From Halocafeteria seosinensis (Eukaryota), in contig LVLI01000341.1 of assembly GCA_001687465.1 (NCBI GenBank), positions 1 to 64,000 of the forward strand: DNA of 64,000 nt, given 5' to 3'. The position numbers and the translations under genes were made by a program. Of the stretch, positions 21,545-33,712 are shown piece by piece; the stretch's first letter is position 1; every line of letters begins with the position of its first letter. The notes beneath the pieces are model-generated. The model saw only the letters and a list, made by a program, of their open reading frames with translations. It was not told the origin of the DNA and ran no database searches.

Positions 21545-24500
21545 TTAAGATTGCACCAGTTTAAGAGGATCAGATTCCGGTTTGGAGCAGGTCCGATTCT
21601 TACAAATATACGCCACAGAAGCACCAGGGGAAGATTGTTTCTGGCCCATGTTTGCAAGCTCTGGCCTGTTTTTCTGAAGAAACTCCTGACCGACTCCCCC
21701 GTCAGCATAGCCAACCACTCGGCTCTTGTCGTAACGCGAGAACACTGCATGCATAAGACTTCGGGTGGACACGTCTTCCGGAGATCCCGAGAGCATGCAC
21801 TCCGTCATCGTACTAGTAACGGCTTCGTGTGAAGCATCACGGACGATGTCATACGCTGTGTATAAAAGAGGCATGATGATGGGTTTACTTTGCACTGTGC
21901 TCTGAAACAGTTTCAAGATCTGATCGGCTTTCGCCCCAAATCCCGCGTCCCCTGTGAGGGCGGCTAAGGCAAGCAAGTTCAATGCACCCAAACTATTTGC
22001 ACAGGGTTCTGCACCATCGTGGAATGGCTTGCTGCGAACTGGAGCAAAATGTTCAACCTTGTAGCTATCGCCGCCGTTGGTAGCATTGCCGCCTGTGTCC
22101 GCTGACGTTGAAAAGTAACCGCCGTTGTCTGGGTCCCAGAAGAGTTCATTTTGTACGTGCTGCAGATCAACTGCTCTGTGCAAGTAGTCAATTTCGCCAC
22201 ATGCTTGATACAGCTCGATTAAGCCATGAATAAAAGCACTGTAGTCTTCAGCGAACGCTGCTACTTGAGATGCATCCCCGCAATGTGAACGAAGCAGCCG
22301 TACACGGGGAGCACTGCTTTCTTTTGACTCTTCAAACGTTAGCTCATTCCAAACAAATTCCGCAATTCCCTTGGCAGCATCGACGTATTTCGAATATTCT
22401 CTCGTGTTCTTTGCAACCATAGTGGGAACATACTTAGATACCTCTTCACCAGCAGAGGCGCTCCCAAAAGCCTCAAGCATTCTTTGACCTGCTGTGTTTA
22501 TTTCCACTGCGCGAGCGGGTGGCAAATACTCTGAAGCTGGTGTATACACGTATTGCGCTTGAGGTGCACCGGAGGCATCTTGATAATTATGCAATCTTGC
22601 ATAAATTCCTTCCCGGGCCACCTCTAAAGGAAGTATCTGAGCTCCTCGGGAGAATGCTGCCATCATGAGACCGTTCCAAGCAGTTACTACCTTCTCATCA
22701 ATGTGAGGATAAGGCCTCATTTCTTGTCTGAACACTCGGACGCCTTCTCTGCACTTAGATAACGTTTCGGCCAGTTTTTCCCGACCCTCTGCCTCACTCA
22801 TCGAACTCCATCCGTCCGGATGCCTTTCCCTAAGGACTTCCAGTGTGGAGTCTAAGCTTCCTTGGGCAATGATAACATTTTGATGGTCAAGCTCGCCATG
22901 AGGATTGAGAGAGCGGTCATGAGCATTGCCCTCATTAGTAATACTATAGTGGAGCTTGAATGCTTCTTTTGCCATTTCCGCGTCAACAGCAGCAGGAAGA
23001 CTATTGTCACATTCTTTCAAGAAGGCCACGGAATTCGTCTTTTGCTTGATGTCGAAGAAGTAATCAAGAACATTGTCAATCTCGTCATAAGTCCAAACAT
23101 AGAATGCACCCTCCCGTTTACTCTTATTCGAAGGTTCTGAAAACGTACCATCTTGCAGTAGTGTTCCTGGCTCGGCAGAATCGGCATCTAAAGCTGCAAT
23201 GATGCCACCTTCTTCGTTGGTCATTTCTCGTTGGACGAAATCTAAAGTTGAGCGCGCAGCGTGGGCAAGTGTAGTATCTCCAGTAAGCAGGTAACCATCG
23301 AGCAGCGACAAAGTGATCCCGGATTGATCATAAAGCATTTTCTCAAAATGTGGTACAATCCATCGCGAGTCGACAGCATATCGATGGAATCCCCCAGCCA
23401 CATGATCGTGAATCCCCCCAGCGATCATCCTTCTCAGTGTGAACCAAGCACTTCCCAAAGCTTTTTCAGCTTTCGAAAAATTTCCAATCCTGAAATCAAG
23501 TGAATTCGACGTCCCGACCTCGCTTTTAGGCAAAGAGAATCCATTTCTCCTTAGGGCGTTTTCCATCTCCATACGGAGGTTTGCGTGGTACGTGAAATTC
23601 TTCAGAGAAATATGGCGATCGTCAACATACTGTGATATTTCCTTAAGAGGAGAAGGCGATGAAATAACTTGGCCACTTCGTTTTCCTTCAGTAACGGCAA
23701 TGTTGAACATGGAAACAGGTTCCACAGGACGAGGAAACTTGGGAGCATCTTGGAAGCCACCAAAGCGCGAGTCAAAGCGTTGATAAAGAGAATTATAAAG
23801 GTTTCCCCTTGCTTCGTCTGCAATTCTTTGTAAGTCTGATGTTTGAACAGCAGAGGCGTCAGCTAATTCTCCTCTAGCAACGGATTTCATATGCTCTTGT
23901 ATAAGCTGCTGAATTTGGTCGCCTTGTTGCTTAATTTTCTCCGGCTCCTGTTGCCAGATTCGACTGACGAGTTCACACACTTCGGGGAAGCTCTTCATCC
24001 CCATTTTCGAATTCGGCGGTATATATGTTCCCGCGGTGATGATGTGTAATTCTGGAGAGAGGAACACGGACAGTGGCCACCCTCCCGTACCAAATGGTTC
24101 TGTAGCACGGATATAGTAATCATCGACATCGGGACGCTCCTCGCGATCGACTTTGATGCTGACGCAATTTTCATTAAGAACTTTGGCAATGTCAGGGTCC
24201 TGAAAACATTCACGTTGCATGACATGACACCTGCACTACCCATGTAAGCGTGCGTATAACAGGCATTGCAGTTTATCTGGTTTTCACCACTACGTACCAA
24301 TGGCATGTCGAATATCCAATTGAAAGGAAGACCGGCTGGAGAGAACCCGAAGCAGTACATGAACCTTCAGGCTAGCTGACACGCTGCAACTTCCTTACCT
24401 TTTTCTCACTCTTGGCTTTCTGGATTGCTGCTTCGCTCCAAGGATACCACTCCACAGGATCTTCAGCGTGCTCCTTCAAGTAAGGTGATTTCTCGTTGGC

Positions 24501-24683
24501 AAGCCGATTCCGAGTCGAACTGGACGCTGACATTGTTACCGAAAATGGCCGCAAATTTGTGGACGAATTAACCCCCGAAAATTGAGCGTTGGATGTGATA
24601 AATGAGCTCTGAGGAAGCCGACCTAGACTGTGCGCGTGTCGTCTAATTGTTCGACAAGTCAATCCCGCGGTTGCCCTTTTCAT
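21545..24683 (-). CDS. SPATA20: SPATA20/YyaL family protein (thioredoxin-like DUF255 domain plus six-hairpin glycosidase-like domain)
   Basis: [116 protein letters not shown]. Arg/Ser-rich N-terminal extension. Confidence 0.92.
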
Positions 24684-24951
24684 TCAGAGCTGTCACCGTG
24701 CAGTGCCGTATCGAAATTAGTGCCAGTTCCTTGGAACTACTTCTGTTTTATCACCAATTCACACCCTTCCAGAAGCTGCCTTCTTCTTGGTACATACGCA
24801 TGAGGCATGACTCGATAGAAAGGAACAATCTTTAGTTTGCTTGAAGTAGCAGCAGAACTTCTGCAGAAGATGGTTGAGTCGCTTTGGGCTCGATATCATG
24901 TCGTCTAGGTAGGATCCACCAGAGTCAGTTGGGGCAGAAGGCACTAGAACT

Positions 24952-25833
24952 ATGTTAGCAACGTCTCTTGCACGATTGGGCTTTACACAGGGAATAGGAG
25001 GGGGACACAGTCCTGGATCACGTGCCTTGACACGGACTTTTGGAACGCTGGTGGGGAAGTATGCTTATATTCGGAGAAATTTAGATCATCGGTATCACAG
25101 CAAGTTCACAGCAGAACGACAAGAGCTTCAGGATAGTATTGTCGATGATCTCCTGGCTCAAACAGACGGGAAACAATCGACAACAACCTTACCTTGGATT
25201 GTCTATTCGGCAGGCCCCATGGGTGCCGGGAAATCCCATACCTTACGATGGCTAAAAGCTAACGATTTATTTCCCTTAGACGACTTTATATACCTTGATC
25301 CAGATGCTATCAAGTATCGGCTTCCCGAGTGGGTTCATCTGCGGTCCTCCAACCCGGAAAGCGCTGCAACTGTGGCTCATAAAGAAAGTGGATACATCTG
25401 TGAACTGGCGGAACGACGAGCATGCGAACTCGGACGATGTGTTCTTATAGACGGCAGCCTTAGAGATAGCGAATGGTACAAGAAGGAATTTAGGAGGATT
25501 CGACGAGAATTCCCAAAGTATCGAATTGCAATTATCCATGTCATGGCATCCAGGGATACGGTGACGAAGCGCGCCGAGAAACGTGGTACTGTCACTGGGC
25601 GTCATGTTCCGTCAGAGCTTGTATTATTAGCGTACCAGCAAGTACCTATTTCAGTTGCACAACTTGCTCCGTTAGCTGACTATGTGGCGCACATTGATAA
25701 TGATGGCTTGGAACCATGTATTTTAGCTCCATCTAATCAGCAGGAATTCAAAACAGTGTGGCGGTCTTCTGAAGTCATTTCATCCCCAAACTATTGCACC
25801 CTTAGTCAAAGACCAGGAGCGACTGATCGATGA
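24952..25833 (+). CDS. Zeta-toxin-like P-loop kinase; intronless
   Basis: PWIVYSAGPMGAGKS (Walker A), IYLDPDAIKYRLPE, HKESGYICEL, VLIDGSL, RAEKR...TGRHVP: the zeta-toxin/AAA_33 pattern. Confidence 0.8.
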   Translation: MLATSLARLGFTQGIGGGHSPGSRALTRTFGTLVGKYAYIRRNLDHRYHSKFTAERQELQDSIVDDLLAQTDGKQSTTTLPWIVYSAGPMGAGKSHTLRWLKANDLFPLDDFIYLDPDAIKYRLPEWVHLRSSNPESAATVAHKESGYICELAERRACELGRCVLIDGSLRDSEWYKKEFRRIRREFPKYRIAIIHVMASRDTVTKRAEKRGTVTGRHVPSELVLLAYQQVPISVAQLAPLADYVAHIDNDGLEPCILAPSNQQEFKTVWRSSEVISSPNYCTLSQRPGATDR

Positions 25834-26108
25834 ACAATCATATCCTCTTGAACGATGATGGACCGTTTGATGAAATCCTCTCTTCTGATGGATAGAATCG
25901 TGGACAATCCGGATATGTACTCGGCGTTCCATGAAGTGGACTCCCTTGCATCGGCATCCCGGCCTTGGTCCTCTACTGGAGCCAGTAACAGTCTCGGGAG
26001 CAGCTTTTTAATACCCGCGGCCAACTGTGAAAAGAACGAGCGAGAATGACCCGGATTCGGACCACAGTGGTGTGGCATGTTTAGAATTCCCTTGGAAAAG
26101 TCCGATAC

Positions 26109-27579
26109 CTATTGACTGCCACTAGCGTAAGAGCCGAACTTGTCCTCAGGCTCGCTGTACTGCGGACTGTCCATAGCCAATTGCTCTAACGCGAGCGCTC
26201 CGGATGTATGATGCTTGTCATCGTGCAGCTCGTCCTTGAAATTTTCGTATATTTGTCGGCTTCGACGTTGCAGCTCTTCTTCATACTGACCAAATATCTG
26301 ATCGTCTCTCTGTTTCCCTTTTAGTCGCTCGAGTAGTATTGATAGTAATCCGTCATGAGTCTTGGTTGAAACTTCTTGTGCATCCGGCCATTCATCGGAA
26401 ATCTGAAACACCTTGTCTATCAGTTCACTTGTTACTTTTTTCTCCCCTGTATGTTCAACCGTGACCTGATCCATTAATCGCGATGCATATTCTCGTAGAT
26501 GCTTGCTGATAGCGCCTCTGGGTTTGGAGGAGTTTTCCAGCTCGGTGGGTAACGTCTTCGCTGCAGTCATTTGCGATAATATTTCTTCAAACTCCGAGAG
26601 AGCCTCCACGGCCTCCTTCGGATTAAAACTATCCACTAAAGCTAATATAGATGACAGTTTTGCGAGAGACTTCTGAGACTTCTGTGTAGTAGGGTCTCTA
26701 TCCGCCGCGTCATACCCATCAGAATATACAGATGTCTTAAAACACGCTCTATCTGGCTTGGTTTTTGACGATCGATAGCGATGAAGGCTACGAATGATAT
26801 CTGACGGAGAATGAGTTTCCAGAAACGAGGGGCTTGCTGCACTAGTCGCACTGTCATCCTTCGTCGCGAAGCGGCCGTGTGTCCTCCAATCCATTACTTT
26901 GATAATCCGTTTTTTTAATTCGCTGCTCATGTAAGCCAGCGGATCAGGAAACTGCGGGGGTTGCATATCCAGTAATGGAGAAAGATCGCATTCTACAATT
27001 GGTCGAGGTATCTGTAGGGCCATGGTCAAGTCAACCCAACACCGGCAATTGCTAACAGTGTCGCGCAATTCTTACCGTTACTGCTCCACCTCCTTTCGGT
27101 CTAGCTGGTTCGCGACTGAAACCCTTTGGACTAGTCTGTGCTGGGCGTGCTTGCTTCTGTTGTATGTGGGAATATTGAGCCGGAGACGAGTGGTGATGAG
27201 TTCCGTCCCCCTCGTTGCTACTCCGTCCTGGTCCTCCTCCAGCTTCGACCGACCCATGACTTCCCCCGGCCCCTCTTCGGTATTTTGATGCTGTTGTGGG
27301 CTTACTGTAAGACGGAGTTGAGCCTTCTTTCATGGGAGACAGAGTAAATGAATGGTCCCGCGTTCGGTTGTAAAAATCACGCATTCGCGCCTGCTGTCTC
27401 AGATGCTTCTTTGACTTCTCGTTCAATTCCTCTGAGCTGGCCGTGTAGATCGAGCGTTTGGAGCTGTATTTCACCGACGAAGGGCTACGTATAAAGGCAG
27501 TCTTAGGAGGTATTGCACCTTCCTGAAAAGCACCATTGTCACCGTCCTCGTCCACGCCCGACGGAGGTATATTTCCCAT
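26109..27579 (-). CDS. Hypothetical protein, possibly N-myristoylated (starts MGNIPPS)
   Basis: ORFs 27052-27579 and 26109-27068 are joined by a GTAAGA...CTACAG intron near 27013-27075. A further 3' exon (to 25806) is possible but unresolved. No family recognised. Confidence 0.55.
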
Positions 27580-27968
27580 GTTTCTCCTTCACTGCCTCCA
27601 AAAATAAGGACATCAATGATACATTCACACCCACAGATTACGTTGAAATCACGGTATATCAAATTCGTGGAGCTAGAGATCTCTTTTATAGCGCAGATAA
27701 AAGTTAAACGCTTGTTCCAATACGTCAATCTTTTCGTTCACTAGCCTTGTGCTGCATGATTTTGTTTCCACAAACCTTTACTGTGCAAGTTTCGTTGGTT
27801 ATTGGGAATGGTATATTGTGATTGAATCACTAGGTAAGTAGATGGAACTGAACAATGCTTTGAAAGCCTCCAGTTAGCCTCATAAACTGCTTGCTTCACA
27901 GACAAGACCGAGTTAACGGCTGCTATATTCATATATGAGGGAATAGGAGCCTTACATTGGCTTTGATA

Positions 27969-29585
27969 ATGTCGGTGGAGGAGAACGCTGTGTTTAAAGT
28001 TGGGTCACGTATGAGCCGAGATCTTGGGTGCATCTCTGGCCAACTAGGACTACCCATACCGTCATTAGAACGAAGTGTGAACCCAGCAGGAGGACACCCT
28101 GCTCCGCAGAAGAAGAATGTCAGGATCAATGAAACAGCGGTGGATCAGATTCCGATGTCTGCCTCGGCGGCTGAACAAGCCCGCCCACACACTACTAGTA
28201 GGATGCAGCAAGCGGCGTTCCAATGGGGAGACGCGATGGACTACCATTTGGCGTGGACAGGAGGAGTGTTGTCAAGATTCCAACAACAACAACAGGAGCA
28301 GGCGCAAAATACCCAGCAAAGGATGAGCAGCAATAATGATTCCCCCAACCAGTCGGATGAAAGCAAGAGGAGAGAAGAGAAACAAAAAGAGGAACGTCGA
28401 AAGAGAAGAAAACAGAAAGAGAAGAACAGGAAGAAAGAGCAGGCAAAGGAGATAGCTCAGACGCTCCTTGAAACGTTTCAAGTTTTGCAAGAAAATCAAA
28501 AGAGTTCTCAGGAAAAGGGAAATAGACAAGAAGATAACAGCAAACCGCAGCGAGACACAGAGTATCAGGGCTCGCCAAAGACAGGAGTTCCTGAACGTCG
28601 GTCCCAGACGCAGTATCGGCAAGAAGCAACTGAGCCTAGATCCCAGAATCGTCCTCCTGAACCACGTGACACTCGCTCAGCTCATGCTGAACGCACATCC
28701 TCATTCGTTGGTGGATCGGCTCCATTGTCGCACGATTTTGATGAATCGCGATACTATCGGCGCGCAAAAGCTCACCAGAAGCAACTGGCAAATAGTAAGG
28801 AGAAGATAAAGAGTGAGTATGAAGTTGGTGATGATGGCAATGAAGTCTGTAGTCATTGCCTCATACACCACGGAAAGACTCATACATGTAAATCCCCTAA
28901 AAGAGGGCTTGAAGGAATGATGAATTACACGTTGCAGGTGGACGCTCCAAATAACGTCGTGGAGAGAGTTGATATGCCGAAAGCAACTCGGTCGTCTGAA
29001 CAACGTCAGAGCGTTGGAAAGGAAATTGGAAACCAGGAAAAACGTAAAAGTCATTTCCAGGCGGTGCAGCAGGTAAATCGACAAGAACGACCGGCTCCAG
29101 TGTATTTAGAGTACTCTCCTCCCCATCATGGTCAAGGACAGTCTAAGAAAAATGCATCAACTATGCCTGAATTATCATTACAATCATCCAGGTCACCCCG
29201 AAGAAGAGAGGTTCGGAAAGAAGATCACAAAGCAAACGGACGCAACGCCCGTTCACAAAGCCCTGCTTCCTTGGCAGGTGCGGCGGCGGCACATCAGCTG
29301 AAGAAGGAGAGGCATTCAGCTGATGGGTTTCCACCCTTTGACAGAACAGACAGAAGCGTTTCAAAGAGAGAGAACGAAAGAATTACCAAAAGCGGAGGAC
29401 AACTGGGTCGAACCATGGCTGCGGGCAACCTCACTGCCACTGAAATGCTTCGTCGGAGCCGCAAGAGTGATCAGGCGTCACCGCCCCGTCGCGTGGATAA
29501 ATCACGAGACAGCACAAAAGGGGATGCATTTTTACGGAAAGGCACTGGCGCAATATCAAGTGGGAATTTCGTCAGCACTCGTTGA
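27969..29585 (+). CDS. Hypothetical low-complexity, charged protein
   Basis: Uninterrupted ORF of about 540 codons, rich in Q/K/E/R/S, with a poly-Q tract and a basic coiled segment. No family recognised. Confidence 0.55.
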   Translation: MSVEENAVFKVGSRMSRDLGCISGQLGLPIPSLERSVNPAGGHPAPQKKNVRINETAVDQIPMSASAAEQARPHTTSRMQQAAFQWGDAMDYHLAWTGGVLSRFQQQQQEQAQNTQQRMSSNNDSPNQSDESKRREEKQKEERRKRRKQKEKNRKKEQAKEIAQTLLETFQVLQENQKSSQEKGNRQEDNSKPQRDTEYQGSPKTGVPERRSQTQYRQEATEPRSQNRPPEPRDTRSAHAERTSSFVGGSAPLSHDFDESRYYRRAKAHQKQLANSKEKIKSEYEVGDDGNEVCSHCLIHHGKTHTCKSPKRGLEGMMNYTLQVDAPNNVVERVDMPKATRSSEQRQSVGKEIGNQEKRKSHFQAVQQVNRQERPAPVYLEYSPPHHGQGQSKKNASTMPELSLQSSRSPRRREVRKEDHKANGRNARSQSPASLAGAAAAHQLKKERHSADGFPPFDRTDRSVSKRENERITKSGGQLGRTMAAGNLTATEMLRRSRKSDQASPPRRVDKSRDSTKGDAFLRKGTGAISSGNFVSTR

Positions 29586-29740
29586 ATAGTCTACTTCATA
29601 CGGCCTTCCTCTTCAGCTTGGTCCCTCATGTGCTCGTGGAAGGCTTGTTCTCCACAAACCCAGAATCCAATGACAAACGCGCTGCTGAGAAGAAATACCT
29701 GTCCATACAGTTTTACATTCTTATGAAGACTGTGGCGTTT

Positions 29741-29781
29741 TTATATATATATGTGTGTGTGTACCGGTATATATATATATA
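29741..29781. repeat. Compound (TA)n/(TG)n microsatellite
   Basis: TTATATATATATGTGTGTGTGTACCGGTATATATATATATA. Confidence 0.7.
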
Positions 29782-31719
29782 CGGCGTACCTTTCCTTGCA
29801 CGTAAAACTTGTTTCGATAGACCGGCCCTGCGTGTTAAGGCACACATACATCGATAATGCACCTTTATTTCTGCCTGAAAATTACGTACAGAATTTCTGG
29901 GCGAGCGCATGTCCGACCAGCCCAATGGAGCCTGTGGTAAGAGCTCCTTTGAGACCTTCTTGAAAGAGCTGTCCACGCACTTCCCGGAACCTCTGGGGAG
30001 ACCCTAGTACATTGGCGTTAGGCTCGTCATCTCTACGGTTGGCCATTGTTTTGGTAGTGTGGGTGCGTTTTCAATAATTGAGTATTTTATCAATGGGAGA
30101 CGGGGAACAAATCTTTGGAATTGTGGGGTAATGAAACAGTCATGATGACGTGGAAGACTCTCCTGGTGGGGTTTGTGCTGGTTATAGGAGCTTTACGGGT
30201 TTCCGGAGCGCCCTTGTTCGATACGAAGAAGGTACAGAAGACCCCTTCGCCTACCTGGAGTAATGGAGTACCATTTGACACCATGTAAGAGTCTGCATTG
30301 TACCATGGTAACTCTGGAATTGAGCTCCCTGCACTACACGACACGTTGTATTTGAGAGTGCAGAGGCCATTGGCATACGTACGATTCAAATAATGAGTAA
30401 GTTCGTGTTCACTCCAGTCGGAGTGATGGGAATCCATTATGGGATGCAATGTGGAATGTCCGGCCGCAGTTGTGAGACGGTGAAAATCGATACCTCCGAA
30501 ATTGCTGGCGCCGAAAACTACGCCGTGACGTAAGCCTAACTCTAACATTGGGCTAACATTGGGCTTTCGGGTTGACCACGGAATCGTATATATTCCATTT
30601 GGGTCTAGCGCAGATCTGTGGAAAGGAATGAGGCGGGAGACTACTATACGTTCTCCCTGGATTTTGTTTTAAAAGCCAAAGTAAAGGTGAGACTAACTAT
30701 GTATCTACTTGTCCAGTTGGTCGACTCTTCAGACCGAAAGAGAGTATGGATGCAGGTTCTAAATACGTCAAGAGCTTTGAATATAACCTTTCCACTTCTG
30801 AATGAACGTACATATTACTGTAAGGGGATTGTCGACAGATTCATCGCCGAGCCCCGATTTCAAGTACCCACTTGCAGGTGGTGACTGCCAGAAAGAATAC
30901 TGTAGCCAACTTGGCTTCCCAAACGAAATGAGGTACAGCTTATTTGTTTCGTCTTATCCCGGTCTTTAGTTTTGAAGCTTCTTTCTTCTCATTGTTCTCA
31001 CCTGCAGAGGGAATTGGAAATTCAGGTAACCAACAATCTTTCGCGACCGTCTCCAACAAAATGAAATGCTAGTGGCGTTAACACTACATGTTGCAGCGTC
31101 TCTAGTTCAGCTTATTGTGAAAATTTGACAATAACAGAGCAGGAACTTCATGACGTTGAGTTTTCTCGAAAGATTGCAGAGTGTCGGTCGCCGTAAGACG
31201 CTAGTGCTGGCAGTGTCCCTATTCTCGTTGCTTTTTACTTTGAGGTTTTTCAGCGTGACTACGCAGGTCACAGATAGCACCACATGGCATGGATACTACC
31301 AAATTTATGTGGATTGTGTGGCACCCAAGAAGCCTCAATGTTGTTATGCCCTTGTATGGATCAACAACCATAGGCCACTGGCTTCTCTAGCTAATCTTGT
31401 TAATTGTATGGATCTTGCAGGTAAATGAAACCTCACTCTCGTATTCTTGCTATCAGGATTGCGCTAGCATCTTTAAAACAGACATACTTGAATATCATCG
31501 TAAGTTCTCCTTCGTGAGTGGCGCAACGGTACCCCGTTGATCATTGAAATTGTTTTGCCGCTGGTGCAGCTGGTCTTTGTCAGGAGAATTCAGCCCAGCT
31601 GTTAATTTCACGGTTCTCATTTTGCATTTTTTTCTCTTGGTCGTTGGGTAGTGTGTTGATGCTTCTTGGTAAAGAAGTTAGATAACTGAGGGGAGTCATT
31701 GATTATTCTCTCCTTGTTT

Positions 31720-32250
31720 TTAACTGGTGCCATTTTCCTTTTTCCGTACTTCTTGTTTACCATCAACAGTGCTCCCCTCATATGTTGTGGGAACTCGTCG
31801 ATGACGCTTCTGAATCGACGTCACGTGAGGCTCTTTTTTCGTAGCAATCTTCTGCTGGGGCTGAATCAGCACGAAAACCGTAACCACCACGACGAGGATA
31901 CCTAGAAGAATGAGAATGCCTCCATGGAAGAGGACACCAGTGAATCCTCCGCCAATTTCGCAGTCTTGGTCAGGCATCACTTCTTTTTCTAGCTGCAGCA
32001 ACGTCCATCTACTGTTATTCATTGGTACTGGTGCGTGCGCTGAAACCAACTCACCTCGGGGGAGTATATTGTGGTTGGACATTCCATGAGGGACCGTTCC
32101 GGAACTTCACATTCATTATTGTCATTCACCGGAACGCAATGGCCTGGTCTAGCATCCACCCACGAGTACTTAGATACTTGATAGCGGCACGTTATCCACC
32201 CGCATCCGTTCTCCGAATAGCATTCACTGTAGGTTTTCCGCAACTTACCT
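31720..32250 (-). CDS. Small Cys-rich single-pass membrane protein (5' end unresolved)
   Basis: Exon 'YSECYSENGCGWITC...GHCVP...ECEV...CP', then a GTGAGT intron, then a hydrophobic span 'GILILLGILVVVVTVFVLI' and a basic tail. Confidence 0.4.
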
Positions 32251-33712
32251 GCGTTCCAAGAGCCAGTTGAATAGCCAGCAAGGTTGGGAATCCAGAGAAA
32301 ATCTTCTCCAAGGAAATAGCGAACTTTTCGGAGCTACTTACATAATTCATTAGCATTTACCGTTTGGATCACTATAATGCTAAGAACTAGTAATTTTATT
32401 GAGTGCATCTTTCTTTCTGGTGTTGGCAACAAGATGAGCCAGCTACTTCAATTTCTTGTTTGGCAGGCCTTGAATGGAGTATACAAGAAACTGAAACTGA
32501 TTCAAAAAACTCGGTTGCGAAACTTGGTATGAACAATTGCTTTGGTTTTTGCAAACAAATCTTGTCGAAAATCGAATAGCATACTACCATCGGACAATAG
32601 AATTTCTGGTACAACCATTGGTAGGAAGTTCGGTTTTGTGAAGTTCAGAATTACCGGAGTTGTTGGTATTCGTTCCGGTGAACATTGTTGGCCATACAAC
32701 AGCAGCGCAGCCGCTGCCGATGATATAAATACGACGAAAATTACCGTTGTCTTTTGTTTCCACCGCTGTTCACCATGGGGACGTAGCTTCAACGCACACG
32801 CCCAAACGAGTGCGGTCTGCGACCCCTGTGTCGCACACAGTGTGCCACACACTTTGGAATTCTGGCTAGAGCGACCCATCAGGAAACAAAATAGGTAGTT
32901 CTAAATCGCATGTCACAAGGGACTTTTGCTTCGTCCGATCAATATTGCATACGAGGAGATCACAGCGATCGGCCCGTTGCGAGGTCAACGCGGGTACCTG
33001 GCACAGTGCTCAATGTACACCTTCCCCAACGCACACTGAACGCAGATATCTCAGCACGATTGAGGTATTTACCACCGTTCGTTTGTAAAACACAGAACAA
33101 ATGGCACTAAAGAGTCAGGCTCTTGTTGCTGTCTTTTGAACGGACGGTTACGTTCGCGACGCTTGGTTTATTTCAGAGAGCCGCGTCTTTTGCACATCTG
33201 CGCAATGTGCACCCTTTGCTACCACTACTGGTACGAGAAGCCGGTAATTTACCGGTAAAGCGAGGGCAAATCCTGTTTCTGTTTCTCTTTGTGTGTCGAC
33301 GCAGAAATTTCCCGCGAGAGTTCTCCATTGACTTGAACTATTGTACCAGTGAATCTGAGATTCTGAGCCGTAGCTGGTGTAGTACAGGCTGTACAGCCGG
33401 GCCATTCGATTCACAGTTACGAGATGACGGCGGCAAGAAGTAATGTCCCTACAGAGCAAACTTGCGTGAGTGCCTTTGTCCATACATATGTACTTGATAT
33501 CACTATGATGGTCATTGTCTTTGTCTACATAAGATATTCCACTTCTAAGAATGTGGATGGTGTTGAGGTGTATAGTACACTGTATACTAGCCGCCGATGT
33601 TGCTTGCTCACTGATTGTCGTGTGTTTCAATTACTTTCACTTCACCAACAGTGGGTGGTGTAGCCACATCTGAATTTGCTGATGTCCGATGTGACTCAGA
33701 CAGGCTGGCTAC

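Noticed and set aside
30542..30563. 11-bp tandem duplication CTAACATTGGG as an inactivating transposon footprint
   Set aside because: The minus-strand frame stays open through it up to a plausible splice acceptor near 30615, so there is no evidence of disruption.
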